Part shown: positions 1 through 8,162 of the stretch, one piece after another
Layout of the letters: every line of letters starts with the position of its first letter
Position numbering within the stretch: the stretch's first letter is position 1
Source of the DNA: an uncultured Chloroflexota bacterium
GTDB lineage: Bacteria > Chloroflexota > Dehalococcoidia > UBA2979
DNA: 45,883 nt
Assembly: GCA_903917615.1 (NCBI GenBank)
Contig: CAIXBH010000040.1
Coordinates: forward strand, 1-45,883
Reading direction: 5' to 3'
The notes under the pieces: generated by a model
Seen by the model: only the letters and a program-made list of their open reading frames with translations
The model's database searches: none
Told to the model about the DNA's origin: nothing
Made by a program: the position numbers and the translations under genes

Positions 1-2348
1 CCACGCAGGCACGGACACCGACGCCGACCGCAACGCCGACGGTCACGACGCCACCGAACGCGCCGACATCGAACCCCGGGGCGACGGCCGCAGGGGCGGG
101 CCTCGTCGCGGCGGGCGGGGCTGCCGCCGGCTACGCGACGAGCCGGCGCCGCAACGGTGGGACGACCTCGGCGCCGGATGACGGCACCGGCACACCGCCG
201 ACGGAGCCGCCTCCGCTCACGCAGCCGAAGGTCACAGTCGAGATCGGCGGTCAGAGCACCACGTCGCTGACGCAGGAGGGAGCGTTCAAGGTCGTGGTCG
301 AGACGCCTCGACCGGCGAGCGGCGATCCGCCCGAGACCATCGACGTGACGCTCCGCTCTACGGAGACCGGCAAGACGGAGACCGTGAGGCTGCGGTGGAA
401 TGGCAGCGTGCGCGGCAACGTCCGCTACGAGAGCAACCCGCTGACGCTCGACCGTGGCGGCGTCGGCGGCGGCAAGGCGAACGTCCTCGGACTGGAGTTC
501 TCCACCGGGGACATGCACCGCGGGCTCAGCGGCACCCCGAACGGAACCGACATCGTCATGTCGACGCCGGGCGGCACGGACGCCCACGTCACCGCGTTCA
601 CCACGTGGGTCCAGCAGGGCGTGGGACTGACGCAGGCGGCGATTCGCCAGTACCACCAGTTCTGGATCAACGTCGCGCAGCAGATCCGTGGCCTCCCCGA
701 CTCCGAGGGCAAACGCGACCTCCTCCGCCGCGCGGAGATGGCGATCCGGCTGGCGGGCGAGGCGACGCGCGTGGCGAACTCGGACTGGCTCGACACGCGC
801 AAGCTGACGCATCTGCAGGCGGTGCTGTCCCTGATGCAGGGCGGGCTCACACACGACCCGCGCGACGAGTACCAGTACTGGCGCAACGCCGAAGAGGCCG
901 CGCACACGATGACGCAGGACATCTTCTGGCACGGGATCGCACAGGCCACGATCGGGCTCTACAAGACGGTCGCAGACGTCAGCGGCGCTGGCGCCGCCTG
1001 GACGCTCTTCGCCGGCCGCACGATCATGAACGAGCACGCGGGCTGGGACGAGCGGCTCTTCGCCGCCCTCGACCTGGCGGGACGGCTCACGATCTTCGGG
1101 CAGGTCGAGGGCGCCATCGGCGGCACGCTGGACCGCATGGCGATGAGCGAGGTGCGCGTCGCGGCGACCGAGGCGAAGGCGCTGACGGCCGCCGAGCAGG
1201 AAGCGCTGAACGCGCGACGCGCCGAGGAGGCCGTCGCCTCGGCCGCGTACGCAGATCGCCAGGCGGCGAACCGCGCTGCGCAGGGCCTCGTGCCGCCACC
1301 GGCGGCCGCTGCGGGCACGGCCGAGCATGTGGGCACCGAGGCGCGTGACGCGTTCAACGCGATCAAGAACGACCCGAATGCGATGCAGGCTGCGAAGGAC
1401 GCCGCCGCCTCGGCCGCGTACAACGAGCGCCAGACCGCGAATCGCAACATCCGCAATCTCATCCCGGACAACCCGAACACGACGGGGCCGAGCGGGAAGG
1501 CGCTGCTGGGGGCGGACGGCGGCACGCCGGTCAACTTCACGGAAGACTTCGGCCTCCTGCGCAACCGTGCGCGCAACTTCCAGGCAGTCTCGGAGCAGTA
1601 CGGCGTGCGCATCCGCGTGCGCCCGGCGAACGTCGAATCGCTGGAGACGATGTCCCGCGGCTACCCGCCGAAGCACGTGAAGATCAAGTCGAAGACGATC
1701 AACGCCATCGACGAGGTCATCGGTGCGCCCAAGGATTCGCAGGGTCTCGTCGGCTATTTCGAGCCGAAGCTCCCTCCGCGCCCGGCCGGGATGACAGATG
1801 CCACATGGGACAAGGTGCTGCGCCGATTCGACCAGCGCATGGAGGAGTTCCGCGATCAGGCGAAGGCGATGAAGGAACTCGAGGAAAAGGGACTGGTGAC
1901 CGTCAAGGACGGCCGCGTCATCGATACTGGCCTTTCCAACACTCGCCTGAAGGACGGACACCTCGAGGCCATCCCTGGGACGGCCGAGGGCGGCACGGGC
2001 AATCCCTTCACGGGTGACCACGACATGTGGGATATCACTAGGGCGGACGGCTCACCCCTCGATGCCGCGACGAAGGCGAAGGTCGAAGCGAGCCTGATGG
2101 ATGGATCGGCGCGCACGCAGCACGGCCCGCACAAGGACTGGCGACCGCAAACGGACGTCGATCGTGGCATCGACCAGCGCATCCGCGACAGTCACCGCGG
2201 CGTCGAAGGCGCAGACGGAGTCGTACGACCGGCAGACACCCCGATCGTGGGCGAATGGGGGGACCCGGAGACAATCCGAGGCGAGGCCCTCGTCGAGTTC
2301 TCGCCCGGCCAGCAGCCCGTCGTCTCCTACGAGACGGGGGCACGATGA
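1..2348 (+). CDS. Large multidomain protein, 5'-truncated by the window edge. Contains a Pro/Thr linker, a Gly/Ala hydrophobic segment followed by RRR, a pre-toxin TG-like region and a C-terminal EF/CyaA/ExoY-like nucleotidyl cyclase domain
   Basis: The frame of ORF 294..2348 is open back to position 3 (TQARTPTPTATPT...). The C-terminal motifs RVRPAN...GYPPKHVKIKSKT (1659-1697), PFTGDHDMW (2004-2030) and QHG (2118-2126) match, in order, the edema factor motifs LFRPVN...GVATKGLNVHGKS, PLTADYDLF and NHG. Confidence 0.75.
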   Translation, partial: TQARTPTPTATPTVTTPPNAPTSNPGATAAGAGLVAAGGAAAGYATSRRRNGGTTSAPDDGTGTPPTEPPPLTQPKVTVEIGGQSTTSLTQEGAFKVVVETPRPASGDPPETIDVTLRSTETGKTETVRLRWNGSVRGNVRYESNPLTLDRGGVGGGKANVLGLEFSTGDMHRGLSGTPNGTDIVMSTPGGTDAHVTAFTTWVQQGVGLTQAAIRQYHQFWINVAQQIRGLPDSEGKRDLLRRAEMAIRLAGEATRVANSDWLDTRKLTHLQAVLSLMQGGLTHDPRDEYQYWRNAEEAAHTMTQDIFWHGIAQATIGLYKTVADVSGAGAAWTLFAGRTIMNEHAGWDERLFAALDLAGRLTIFGQVEGAIGGTLDRMAMSEVRVAATEAKALTAAEQEALNARRAEEAVASAAYADRQAANRAAQGLVPPPAAAAGTAEHVGTEARDAFNAIKNDPNAMQAAKDAAASAAYNERQTANRNIRNLIPDNPNTTGPSGKALLGADGGTPVNFTEDFGLLRNRARNFQAVSEQYGVRIRVRPANVESLETMSRGYPPKHVKIKSKTINAIDEVIGAPKDSQGLVGYFEPKLPPRPAGMTDATWDKVLRRFDQRMEEFRDQAKAMKELEEKGLVTVKDGRVIDTGLSNTRLKDGHLEAIPGTAEGGTGNPFTGDHDMWDITRADGSPLDAATKAKVEASLMDGSARTQHGPHKDWRPQTDVDRGIDQRIRDSHRGVEGADGVVRPADTPIVGEWGDPETIRGEALVEFSPGQQPVVSYETGAR
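1230..1445 (+). repeat. Two-copy internal coding repeat of about 45 nt (AVASAAYADRQAANR / AAASAAYNERQTANR)
   Basis: gccgtcgcctcggccgcgtac...cgccag at about 1230-1275 and gccgccgcctcggccgcgtac...cgccag at about 1401-1445. Confidence 0.7.
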
Positions 2349-3226
2349 CCTCCGATCGCGACCTGCTTGCCTCCATCGATCACATGCTCGCGCATCCTGA
2401 CGCGATCACGCTGCCCTCGACCACCTCGAACGACGCACGTGCGGCCGCGTCACCGCTGCGGGCACCGGAGGAGCACGTCGACACGCCGCGCGAGGCGCGC
2501 GACCGCGCCGTGCGAGTACGGGGCGGCCTGCGACAGATGCTCGACGAACTCATCGAGTCGAACGACGACGACGAGCGGCAGATGGAGCTCCTGAACGCGA
2601 TCGAGGACGCGACGGAGGCCTACCTCGCCGCGCTGCCGCGGGTCGAGATCGCGCGGTCACCGTTCACGGGTGACATCGTGGCGCTGGCAATCGACACGTA
2701 CGGCCTCGACGGGCCGTGGTGGAAATACGAGGGCGTCGTCCGTGCGTTGGACGCGCGACCCGCGACGATGCTCGCGTTCACGGGGGCGATGCGGCTGACC
2801 GCTCCGATCGAGCGCTTTACTCACCTCGCGAAGGTGGGCCCCGGCGTCCCCTATGTCCTGCCTCGACTCATGGCGATCGATGGTGTGCGCGCGGTGGTGC
2901 GTGCGGTGACGGTCGGCGCGCACCTGGGGTGGGCGATCTCATACTTCGCACCCGCGCCCGTATCGGGGGTCCGTCTCGTCAACGACTGGGGTGCCGACCA
3001 CTACGCGATCGACGGGGGCTGGGACACCGTCGCCGAGTCGACGGAGGAGCGTGACTTCGACCTGGCGCCGTGGATCCGATCGGGCCGTCTCGCGTGGATC
3101 GCGCCCGGCGATGGTGCGCTGGCGCTGCGGAGCGAGGTCGAGGGCTGCCCGTTCCTCGGCCCGGACGGTGGGCCTCTCGAGGGCACGCGTGAGGTCCAGC
3201 GTGTCGAGGAGGGCGAAGTCTTCTAG
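2345..3226 (+). CDS. Hypothetical protein (293 aa); candidate immunity protein or partner of the upstream cyclase-domain protein
   Basis: ATG at 2345 overlaps the upstream TGA (ATGA). Globular-looking sequence with motifs such as YLAALPRVEIARSPFTG, IDTYGLDGPWW and DFDLAPWI; no signal peptide. Confidence 0.75.
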   Translation: MTSDRDLLASIDHMLAHPDAITLPSTTSNDARAAASPLRAPEEHVDTPREARDRAVRVRGGLRQMLDELIESNDDDERQMELLNAIEDATEAYLAALPRVEIARSPFTGDIVALAIDTYGLDGPWWKYEGVVRALDARPATMLAFTGAMRLTAPIERFTHLAKVGPGVPYVLPRLMAIDGVRAVVRAVTVGAHLGWAISYFAPAPVSGVRLVNDWGADHYAIDGGWDTVAESTEERDFDLAPWIRSGRLAWIAPGDGALALRSEVEGCPFLGPDGGPLEGTREVQRVEEGEVF

Positions 3227-3255
3227 CGCGCTGGGGCGCGCCAGATGACGGGACG

Positions 3256-3696
3256 CTACGCGCCCGCGGCGACCCGCAGTTCATTGTTGATGAGCCGCTG
3301 CGCGACGTACTGCAGCATCTTCACCGCGACCGCGGGCTCCTTCTGTAGATGCGCGAGGAACTGCCAGCGATCCAGTCCAAGGCAGGTGGTCCGCTCCGCC
3401 GCTCGCACCGTCGCGGTGCGCTTCCACTCGCCGAGGAGCGCGAGCTCGCCGAACGGCTGCCCGACGCCGAGCGTGGCCAGCACCTTCGCGTGGTCGGTGC
3501 CTTCGGCCTCAATCACCTCGGCGCGTCCGTTGAGCACGACGTAGAGGCCGCTGCCGATCTCGCCCGCCTCGGCGATCGCCTCGCCGGGCTGGAACGTCTT
3601 CTGGAAAGTGAACGCCGCAAGCGCGTCCAGCGCCGCACCGTCCAGGCCGGTGAAGACCGGGACGTGTCCGAGCACGTGACTGCTGTCGTTGGTCAT
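3256..3696 (-). CDS. Stand-alone cyclic nucleotide-binding domain protein
   Basis: VPVFTGL start, GEAIAEAGEIGSGLYVVLNG, phosphate-binding cassette FGELALLGEWKRTATVRA; 146 aa with no HTH. Confidence 0.92.
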   Translation of the reverse strand: MTNDSSHVLGHVPVFTGLDGAALDALAAFTFQKTFQPGEAIAEAGEIGSGLYVVLNGRAEVIEAEGTDHAKVLATLGVGQPFGELALLGEWKRTATVRAAERTTCLGLDRWQFLAHLQKEPAVAVKMLQYVAQRLINNELRVAAGA

Positions 3697-3888
3697 CTCG
3701 GGGGGCTCCTTGGTCCGCGCTCCGGCGCGTCAGCATGCGGCGATCCGGGGGGCAGCGGCAGAGGGCCGCGCGCGGTACCTCCTCTACGGTAGCCGGTGGG
3801 GCCAGCGGGCGTGTCGCACACCCACCGCGACCGGTCGCGCGATAGGATGCGGCAGCACCGCGGGTTCGCCGAGCGAGCGAGGGTTCCG

Positions 3889-4284
3889 ATGACTGCCGAG
3901 CACCACGACATGAGCAAACCGTTCGTCGTGAAGGCACAGCCGCCCTCAACGACCATCCAGACGCGTGGCATGGAGCGAGTGCCCGGAGTCACATCGGACA
4001 CCGTGGGCGCCTCGCGCCTCTGGCTGGGAACGGTCACGGCTGCGCCGAACGAGAAGGGCCCGCCCCATCACCACGGCGAAGCCGAGACGGGCGTGTACGT
4101 CCTGCGCGGCCGGCTCCGCGTCTACTTCGGCGAGGACTTCAAGGAGTTCATCGAGGCGGGGCCGGGCGACTTCATCTTCGTGCCGCCCCACGTGCATCAC
4201 ATCGAGGAGAATCCATACGACGAGCTCTACGAGGCCGTCCTCGCGCGCTCGCCCGACAACATCGTGGTGAACCTCGGCGACTAG
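3889..4284 (+). CDS. Cupin domain protein (RmlC-like)
   Basis: PHHHGEAET and GDFIFVPPHVHHIEEN cupin motifs; ATG at 3889 after gagggt. Confidence 0.88.
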   Translation: MTAEHHDMSKPFVVKAQPPSTTIQTRGMERVPGVTSDTVGASRLWLGTVTAAPNEKGPPHHHGEAETGVYVLRGRLRVYFGEDFKEFIEAGPGDFIFVPPHVHHIEENPYDELYEAVLARSPDNIVVNLGD

Positions 4285-4321
4285 CCGCACAACGAAGCGC
4301 GACCACTGCACCGGAGGCGAT

Positions 4322-4798
4322 ATGCCCTTCGCACTTTCCAGCATGCAACTGACGAGCCCGGCATTCGCATCGGGGGGCAACATCCCGACGAAGCACACCG
4401 GGGAGGGCGAAGACGTCTCGCCTGCCCTGCGCTGGACAGATCTGCCGGAAGGCACGCGCTCACTCGCGATCATTTGCCATGACCCGGATGCGCCGCTCGT
4501 CGCGGGAGGCGCGTACGGCTTCGTGCACTGGGTCGCCTACAACATCCCCGCCACTGCGACGGGCCTCGACGAGGGAAGCGACGCCTTCACCAGCGGCGGC
4601 TCCGGATTCGGCCGGCCGGGGTATGGCGGGCCGATGCCCCCTCCGGATCACGGGCCGCACCACTACTTCTTCTGGCTGTTCGCCCTGAACGGCGAGCCCG
4701 ATCTCCCCGCGGGCCTCGCCATGACCGAGTTGCTCGAGCGCATCGAGCCACAGACGCTCGGCATGAACCGCCTCGTCGGCGTCTACGAGCGCCACTAG
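4322..4798 (+). CDS. YbhB/YbcL family Raf kinase inhibitor-like (PEBP) protein
   Basis: LTSPAF, SPALRW, DPDAP, FVHWV, YGGPMPP, HHYFF motifs. Confidence 0.93.
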   Translation: MPFALSSMQLTSPAFASGGNIPTKHTGEGEDVSPALRWTDLPEGTRSLAIICHDPDAPLVAGGAYGFVHWVAYNIPATATGLDEGSDAFTSGGSGFGRPGYGGPMPPPDHGPHHYFFWLFALNGEPDLPAGLAMTELLERIEPQTLGMNRLVGVYERH

Positions 4799-4828
4799 CA
4801 GACCGCGGCACCGCGACCGAGGAGCCCG

Positions 4829-6484
4829 ATGAGCACGATGCCCCCCGACGTCCTCGCACCTGCGCGCCTGCTCGTCGGGCGTGCGGATGCGGTCATGGCC
4901 GCCGCGCTGCACGCGGCCGCGGTCGTGATGCACCGAGGCGAGACGATCGACGAGCACCAGGTGCACGCAGAGCGCGTCGCGTACCTCGCAACGCAGATTG
5001 GGGCGGCCGGCGATCTGGTCGCGTACGCGGAGCGCCTCGCGGCCGCGGGTCACGCAGACGCGCTGCAGGAGCGCATGGCGCTGGCCTACGCAGCGGAGGT
5101 CGTGCACACCCTGCGCTCATTGATCGAGGCCGCATGGAGCGACTTCGGACTCAGCGACAGCGATGTCGCACCGCTCCTCGCACAGGACGTGCGCGACGCG
5201 GTACGCACCGGCCTCGACGAGGCGTTCCTCCGGGCGATCGGACGCGACGTCATCGCGATCGGCGGCCTGAACAACATCGACCTCGAGGACGATGTCGCCT
5301 CGCTCACGCGCGACGTCGCACGGCGCTTCGCGCGCGAGGAGGTCGCGCCGTACGCGCAGGAGATCCACCGGCAGGACCTGATCATCCCGGACCGCATGCT
5401 CGAACGATTCTGCGAGCAGGGATTCTTCGGCTCCTCGACCCCGGAGGAGTACGGCGGCAGCGGCATGGGCGACCTCTCGATGGTGATCATCACCGAGGAG
5501 CTATCGGTCGCCTCGCTCGCCGCGGCGGGTTCGCTCGCGACGCGCCCGGAGATCCTCGCCAAGGCGCTCGTCGCCGGCGGCACCGAGGGGCAACGGCACG
5601 AGTGGCTTCCGAAGATCGCCAGCGGCGAGGCGCTGGTCGCGGTCGCGGTGACGGAGCCCGACTTCGGTTCGGACGTCGCCTCGATCATCACGCGCGCGGT
5701 GCCGGCGGAGCACGCGGGCGTGCGCGGCTGGCGCATCTCCGGCGCGAAGGCGTGGAGCACGTTCGCCGGCCGCGCGAACCTTCTCGCCCTGCTCGCGCGC
5801 ACGAATCCGGACGCCAGCCTCGGCGGCCGCGGGCTGTCGCTGTTCATGATCGAGAAGCCCGCGTACCCGGGGCATCACTGGCGCTTCGAGCAGCCCGAGG
5901 GCGGCATCATGGAGGGCACCGCGAACCCGACGCCGGGCTACCGCGGCATGCACTCCTTCACGATCGCCCTGGACAACGTGTTCGTGCCGCACACCCATCT
6001 CGTGGGGGGCGACGCCGGCATCGACCGCGGCTTCTACCTGCAGATGGAGGGCTTCGCTGCCGGCCGATTGCAGACCGGCGGCCGCGCGTGCGGCCTCGCG
6101 CAGGCGTCGCTGGAGAACGCCTGCGCCTACGTGGCGCAACGGCAGCAGTTCGGGCAGCCGCTCGCGGACTTCCAGCTGACGCAGCACAAGGTCGGGGTCA
6201 TGGCGACACACATCGCGGCCGCTCGACAGCTCACGTACGCAGCCGCGCGCGCCTTCACGACGCGGGCCGTCGCGCCTTCGATGGCCAAGCTCCTCGCGTG
6301 CGACATCGCCGGCGAGGTGTCGCGCGAGGCGCAGTTGCTGCACGGCGGGTGGGGCTACTCCGAAGAGGAGCCCGTGTCCCGCTACGTGCTCGATGCGCTC
6401 GTGCTGCCGATCTTCGAGGGCGCGAAGCCCATCCTCGAGTTGCGCGTCATCGCGCGCGGACTGCTGGCGTCCGTCGAGGTCTAG
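4829..6484 (+). CDS. Acyl-CoA dehydrogenase with N-terminal extension, (2S)-methylsuccinyl-CoA dehydrogenase-like
   Basis: VTEPDFGSD, GYRGMHSF, RQQFGQPLADFQL, HGGWGYSEE, IFEGA; 551 aa with an N-terminal EHQ...AYLAT extension as in Mcd-type enzymes. Confidence 0.88.
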   Translation: MSTMPPDVLAPARLLVGRADAVMAAALHAAAVVMHRGETIDEHQVHAERVAYLATQIGAAGDLVAYAERLAAAGHADALQERMALAYAAEVVHTLRSLIEAAWSDFGLSDSDVAPLLAQDVRDAVRTGLDEAFLRAIGRDVIAIGGLNNIDLEDDVASLTRDVARRFAREEVAPYAQEIHRQDLIIPDRMLERFCEQGFFGSSTPEEYGGSGMGDLSMVIITEELSVASLAAAGSLATRPEILAKALVAGGTEGQRHEWLPKIASGEALVAVAVTEPDFGSDVASIITRAVPAEHAGVRGWRISGAKAWSTFAGRANLLALLARTNPDASLGGRGLSLFMIEKPAYPGHHWRFEQPEGGIMEGTANPTPGYRGMHSFTIALDNVFVPHTHLVGGDAGIDRGFYLQMEGFAAGRLQTGGRACGLAQASLENACAYVAQRQQFGQPLADFQLTQHKVGVMATHIAAARQLTYAAARAFTTRAVAPSMAKLLACDIAGEVSREAQLLHGGWGYSEEEPVSRYVLDALVLPIFEGAKPILELRVIARGLLASVEV

Positions 6485-6490
6485 GGCGCG

Positions 6491-6817
6491 CTACCGCAGC
6501 GGCGAGAACTCCGTCGGCGTCAAGAAGCGGTTCTCCGTGTGGTGCACCAGCGGCCCATCGACCTCGGTCGCCGCGCGCGCGGCGTGCCAGTCGGTGTCGG
6601 CCTGGAACGCGCCCCAGGCACGCTCGCGGTGGCCCATGTCGTCGTACGCGAGGATGTAGATGAACTCGTCGTTCCGTCCGCCGATGGCGTTCGTCCAGTA
6701 GGCGACGCTCTTGATGCCGTGCTTCTCGAAGAACTTCATCGTCGTGTCACGGAACCGCGCCTGCAGCGCGGCCATCTTGCCGGGGTTCACGGTGTAGTTC
6801 CGCATCTCGTAGATCAT
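6491..6817 (-). CDS. NIPSNAP family protein
   Basis: MIYEMRNYTVNPGKM...RERAWGAFQADTDW...FLTPTEFSP; ATG at 6817 after RBS gaggagg. Confidence 0.92.
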   Translation of the reverse strand: MIYEMRNYTVNPGKMAALQARFRDTTMKFFEKHGIKSVAYWTNAIGGRNDEFIYILAYDDMGHRERAWGAFQADTDWHAARAATEVDGPLVHHTENRFLTPTEFSPLR

Positions 6818-6837
6818 CGCGTTCCTCCTCGAGCCTG

Positions 6838-7719
6838 CTATGCCTGCGCTGCCTCCGCGAAGCCGTAGAGCCGCGCGGGGTTGTCCACCATGATGCGTCG
6901 ACGCGCCGCCTCGTCCGGGGCCCACGTGCCGAGCAGATTGAAGAGCTCGACGGAGTCGACCTCGTCGAACGAGAGGTGCGGGAAGTCGCTGCCCCAGATC
7001 ACGCGATCGGGCGCGGCCTCGATGACCGCGCGCGCGTGCGCAGCGGCGTCGGCATAGCCCGGTGCGGTCGACATGCGGTAGACGCCGGTCAACTTCACCC
7101 AGCAGCGCCCGTCGCCCTGGCGCAGCAGGTCCAGCAGCTCATGGAACCCCGGCTGGTCCACGCCGTCCTTCGCCAGGAACATGCCCATGTGCGCGACCGA
7201 GAAGTCGACGGGCAGCGCACGCATCCTCGGCAGCACCGCCCGGGTGAACCAGCCCGGCCCGAGGAAGTCGAGGTGCCACCCGCGCGCGGCGCACCGCTCG
7301 GCGATGCGCTCGACACGTGGCCAGAGCGCGTCGACGAGGCCCGCCTCGAACGCCTGGACCGGCGACACGTTGATCCGTACGCCCCGGACACCCACCGCGT
7401 GCATGCGGTCGAGGTCCGCCTCGGCGATCTCCTCGTCGATGTCGACGATGCCTCGCGCCCGCTCGGTTCCGACGCGCTCGAGGGCGTCGAGCAGGCAGGA
7501 GTTATCGCGCCCGTACCCGCTCGGCTGCACGAACACGTGGCGCTCGATGCCGAGCAACGTCGCGAACTCGAGGTACTCCTCGAGCCGTGCGAAGGGGTGC
7601 GCATAGCGGGGGCTCGCAGTGCCCGGCGGGAAGCGGTCAGCCGGGCCGAAGATGTGGAAGTGGGCGTCGCACGCGCCACGCGCAGGCGTCCAGGCGGGCT
7701 CGGCAGTGTGGTGCGGCAC
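6838..7719 (-). CDS. Amidohydrolase 2 family protein (LigI/2-pyrone-4,6-dicarboxylate lactonase-like)
   Basis: CDAHFHIFG, VQPSGYGRDN, GVRGVRIN, WVKLTG, WGSDFPH; probable GTG start at 7719 after gagggag. Confidence 0.88.
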   Translation of the reverse strand: MPHHTAEPAWTPARGACDAHFHIFGPADRFPPGTASPRYAHPFARLEEYLEFATLLGIERHVFVQPSGYGRDNSCLLDALERVGTERARGIVDIDEEIAEADLDRMHAVGVRGVRINVSPVQAFEAGLVDALWPRVERIAERCAARGWHLDFLGPGWFTRAVLPRMRALPVDFSVAHMGMFLAKDGVDQPGFHELLDLLRQGDGRCWVKLTGVYRMSTAPGYADAAAHARAVIEAAPDRVIWGSDFPHLSFDEVDSVELFNLLGTWAPDEAARRRIMVDNPARLYGFAEAAQA

Positions 7720-7892
7720 GCGGGCTCCCTCGCTCCGCGCAATCACGCGGCGTCCGCGAGTTTAGCAGCGAGATGGGCGCGCACCGCGGCGCAGCGACGT
7801 CTCGCTACGCCGCGATCTGCTTATGTCTCTGATCCGAGCCGCTCGCGATGGGTTCCGGCTGCGCTCGATCCTCGGTAACATCGGGAGGACGT

Positions 7893-7967
7893 GGCAGGGT
7901 AGCTCAGTGGTAGAGCAGCGGACTCATAAGCCGTTGGTCGAGAGTTCAAATCTCTCCCCTGCTACCA
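7893..7967 (+). tRNA. tRNA with CAT anticodon, most likely elongator tRNA-Met (tRNA-Ile2 not excluded)
   Basis: Acceptor stem GGCAGGG/CCCTGCT plus ACCA, D-arm AGCTCAGTGGTAGAGC, anticodon loop CTCATAA, T-loop GTTCAAATC. Lacks the initiator GGG/CCC anticodon stem; A4:T69 argues against Ile2. Confidence 0.95.
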
Positions 7968-7980
7968 CGACGACAACGGG

Positions 7981-8007
7981 ACGGGCGCCCTGGGGGCGCC
8001 CGTTTTG
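7981..8007 (+). terminator. Rho-independent terminator after the tRNA
   Basis: acgggcgccc-tgg-gggcgcccgt followed by a short T run. Confidence 0.75.
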
Positions 8008-8092
8008 GCTTTCGGGACCTCGGCCCGACGACGCCGAACCGCCGCCGCCCCTCCCGTTCATGCCCATAATTGGTCGTGATCAAAGGACGCTT

Positions 8093-8162
8093 GAACCTTG
8101 ACCAACGGCCCCCCGAAGCTCGTCAGAACCTTGACCAACGGCTCATCGGAGCGTTGATCAAC
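8093..8162. repeat. Perfect 17-bp direct repeat plus a related palindrome
   Basis: gaaccttgaccaacggc at 8093-8109 and 8126-8142 (33-bp period); palindrome gttgatcaac at 8153-8162. Confidence 0.85.

Noticed and set aside
294-296. GTG start of the 684-aa ORF
   Set aside because: The frame is open to the window edge with coding-like content, so the true start is probably upstream of the window.
1-3696. Canonical CBASS or Pycsar defence system
   Set aside because: No CD-NTase or class III cyclase motifs, and the cNMP protein has no TIR or transmembrane effector domain; the resemblance is only in logic.
7893-7967. Initiator tRNA-fMet, or an intact integrative element at this tRNA
   Set aside because: No three consecutive G-C pairs in the anticodon stem and no C1:A72 mismatch. 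No integrase or duplicated tRNA 3' end was seen in the window.
8093-8142. Mini-CRISPR array
   Set aside because: Only two 17-bp repeats with a 16-bp spacer, too short for CRISPR, and no cas genes are present.
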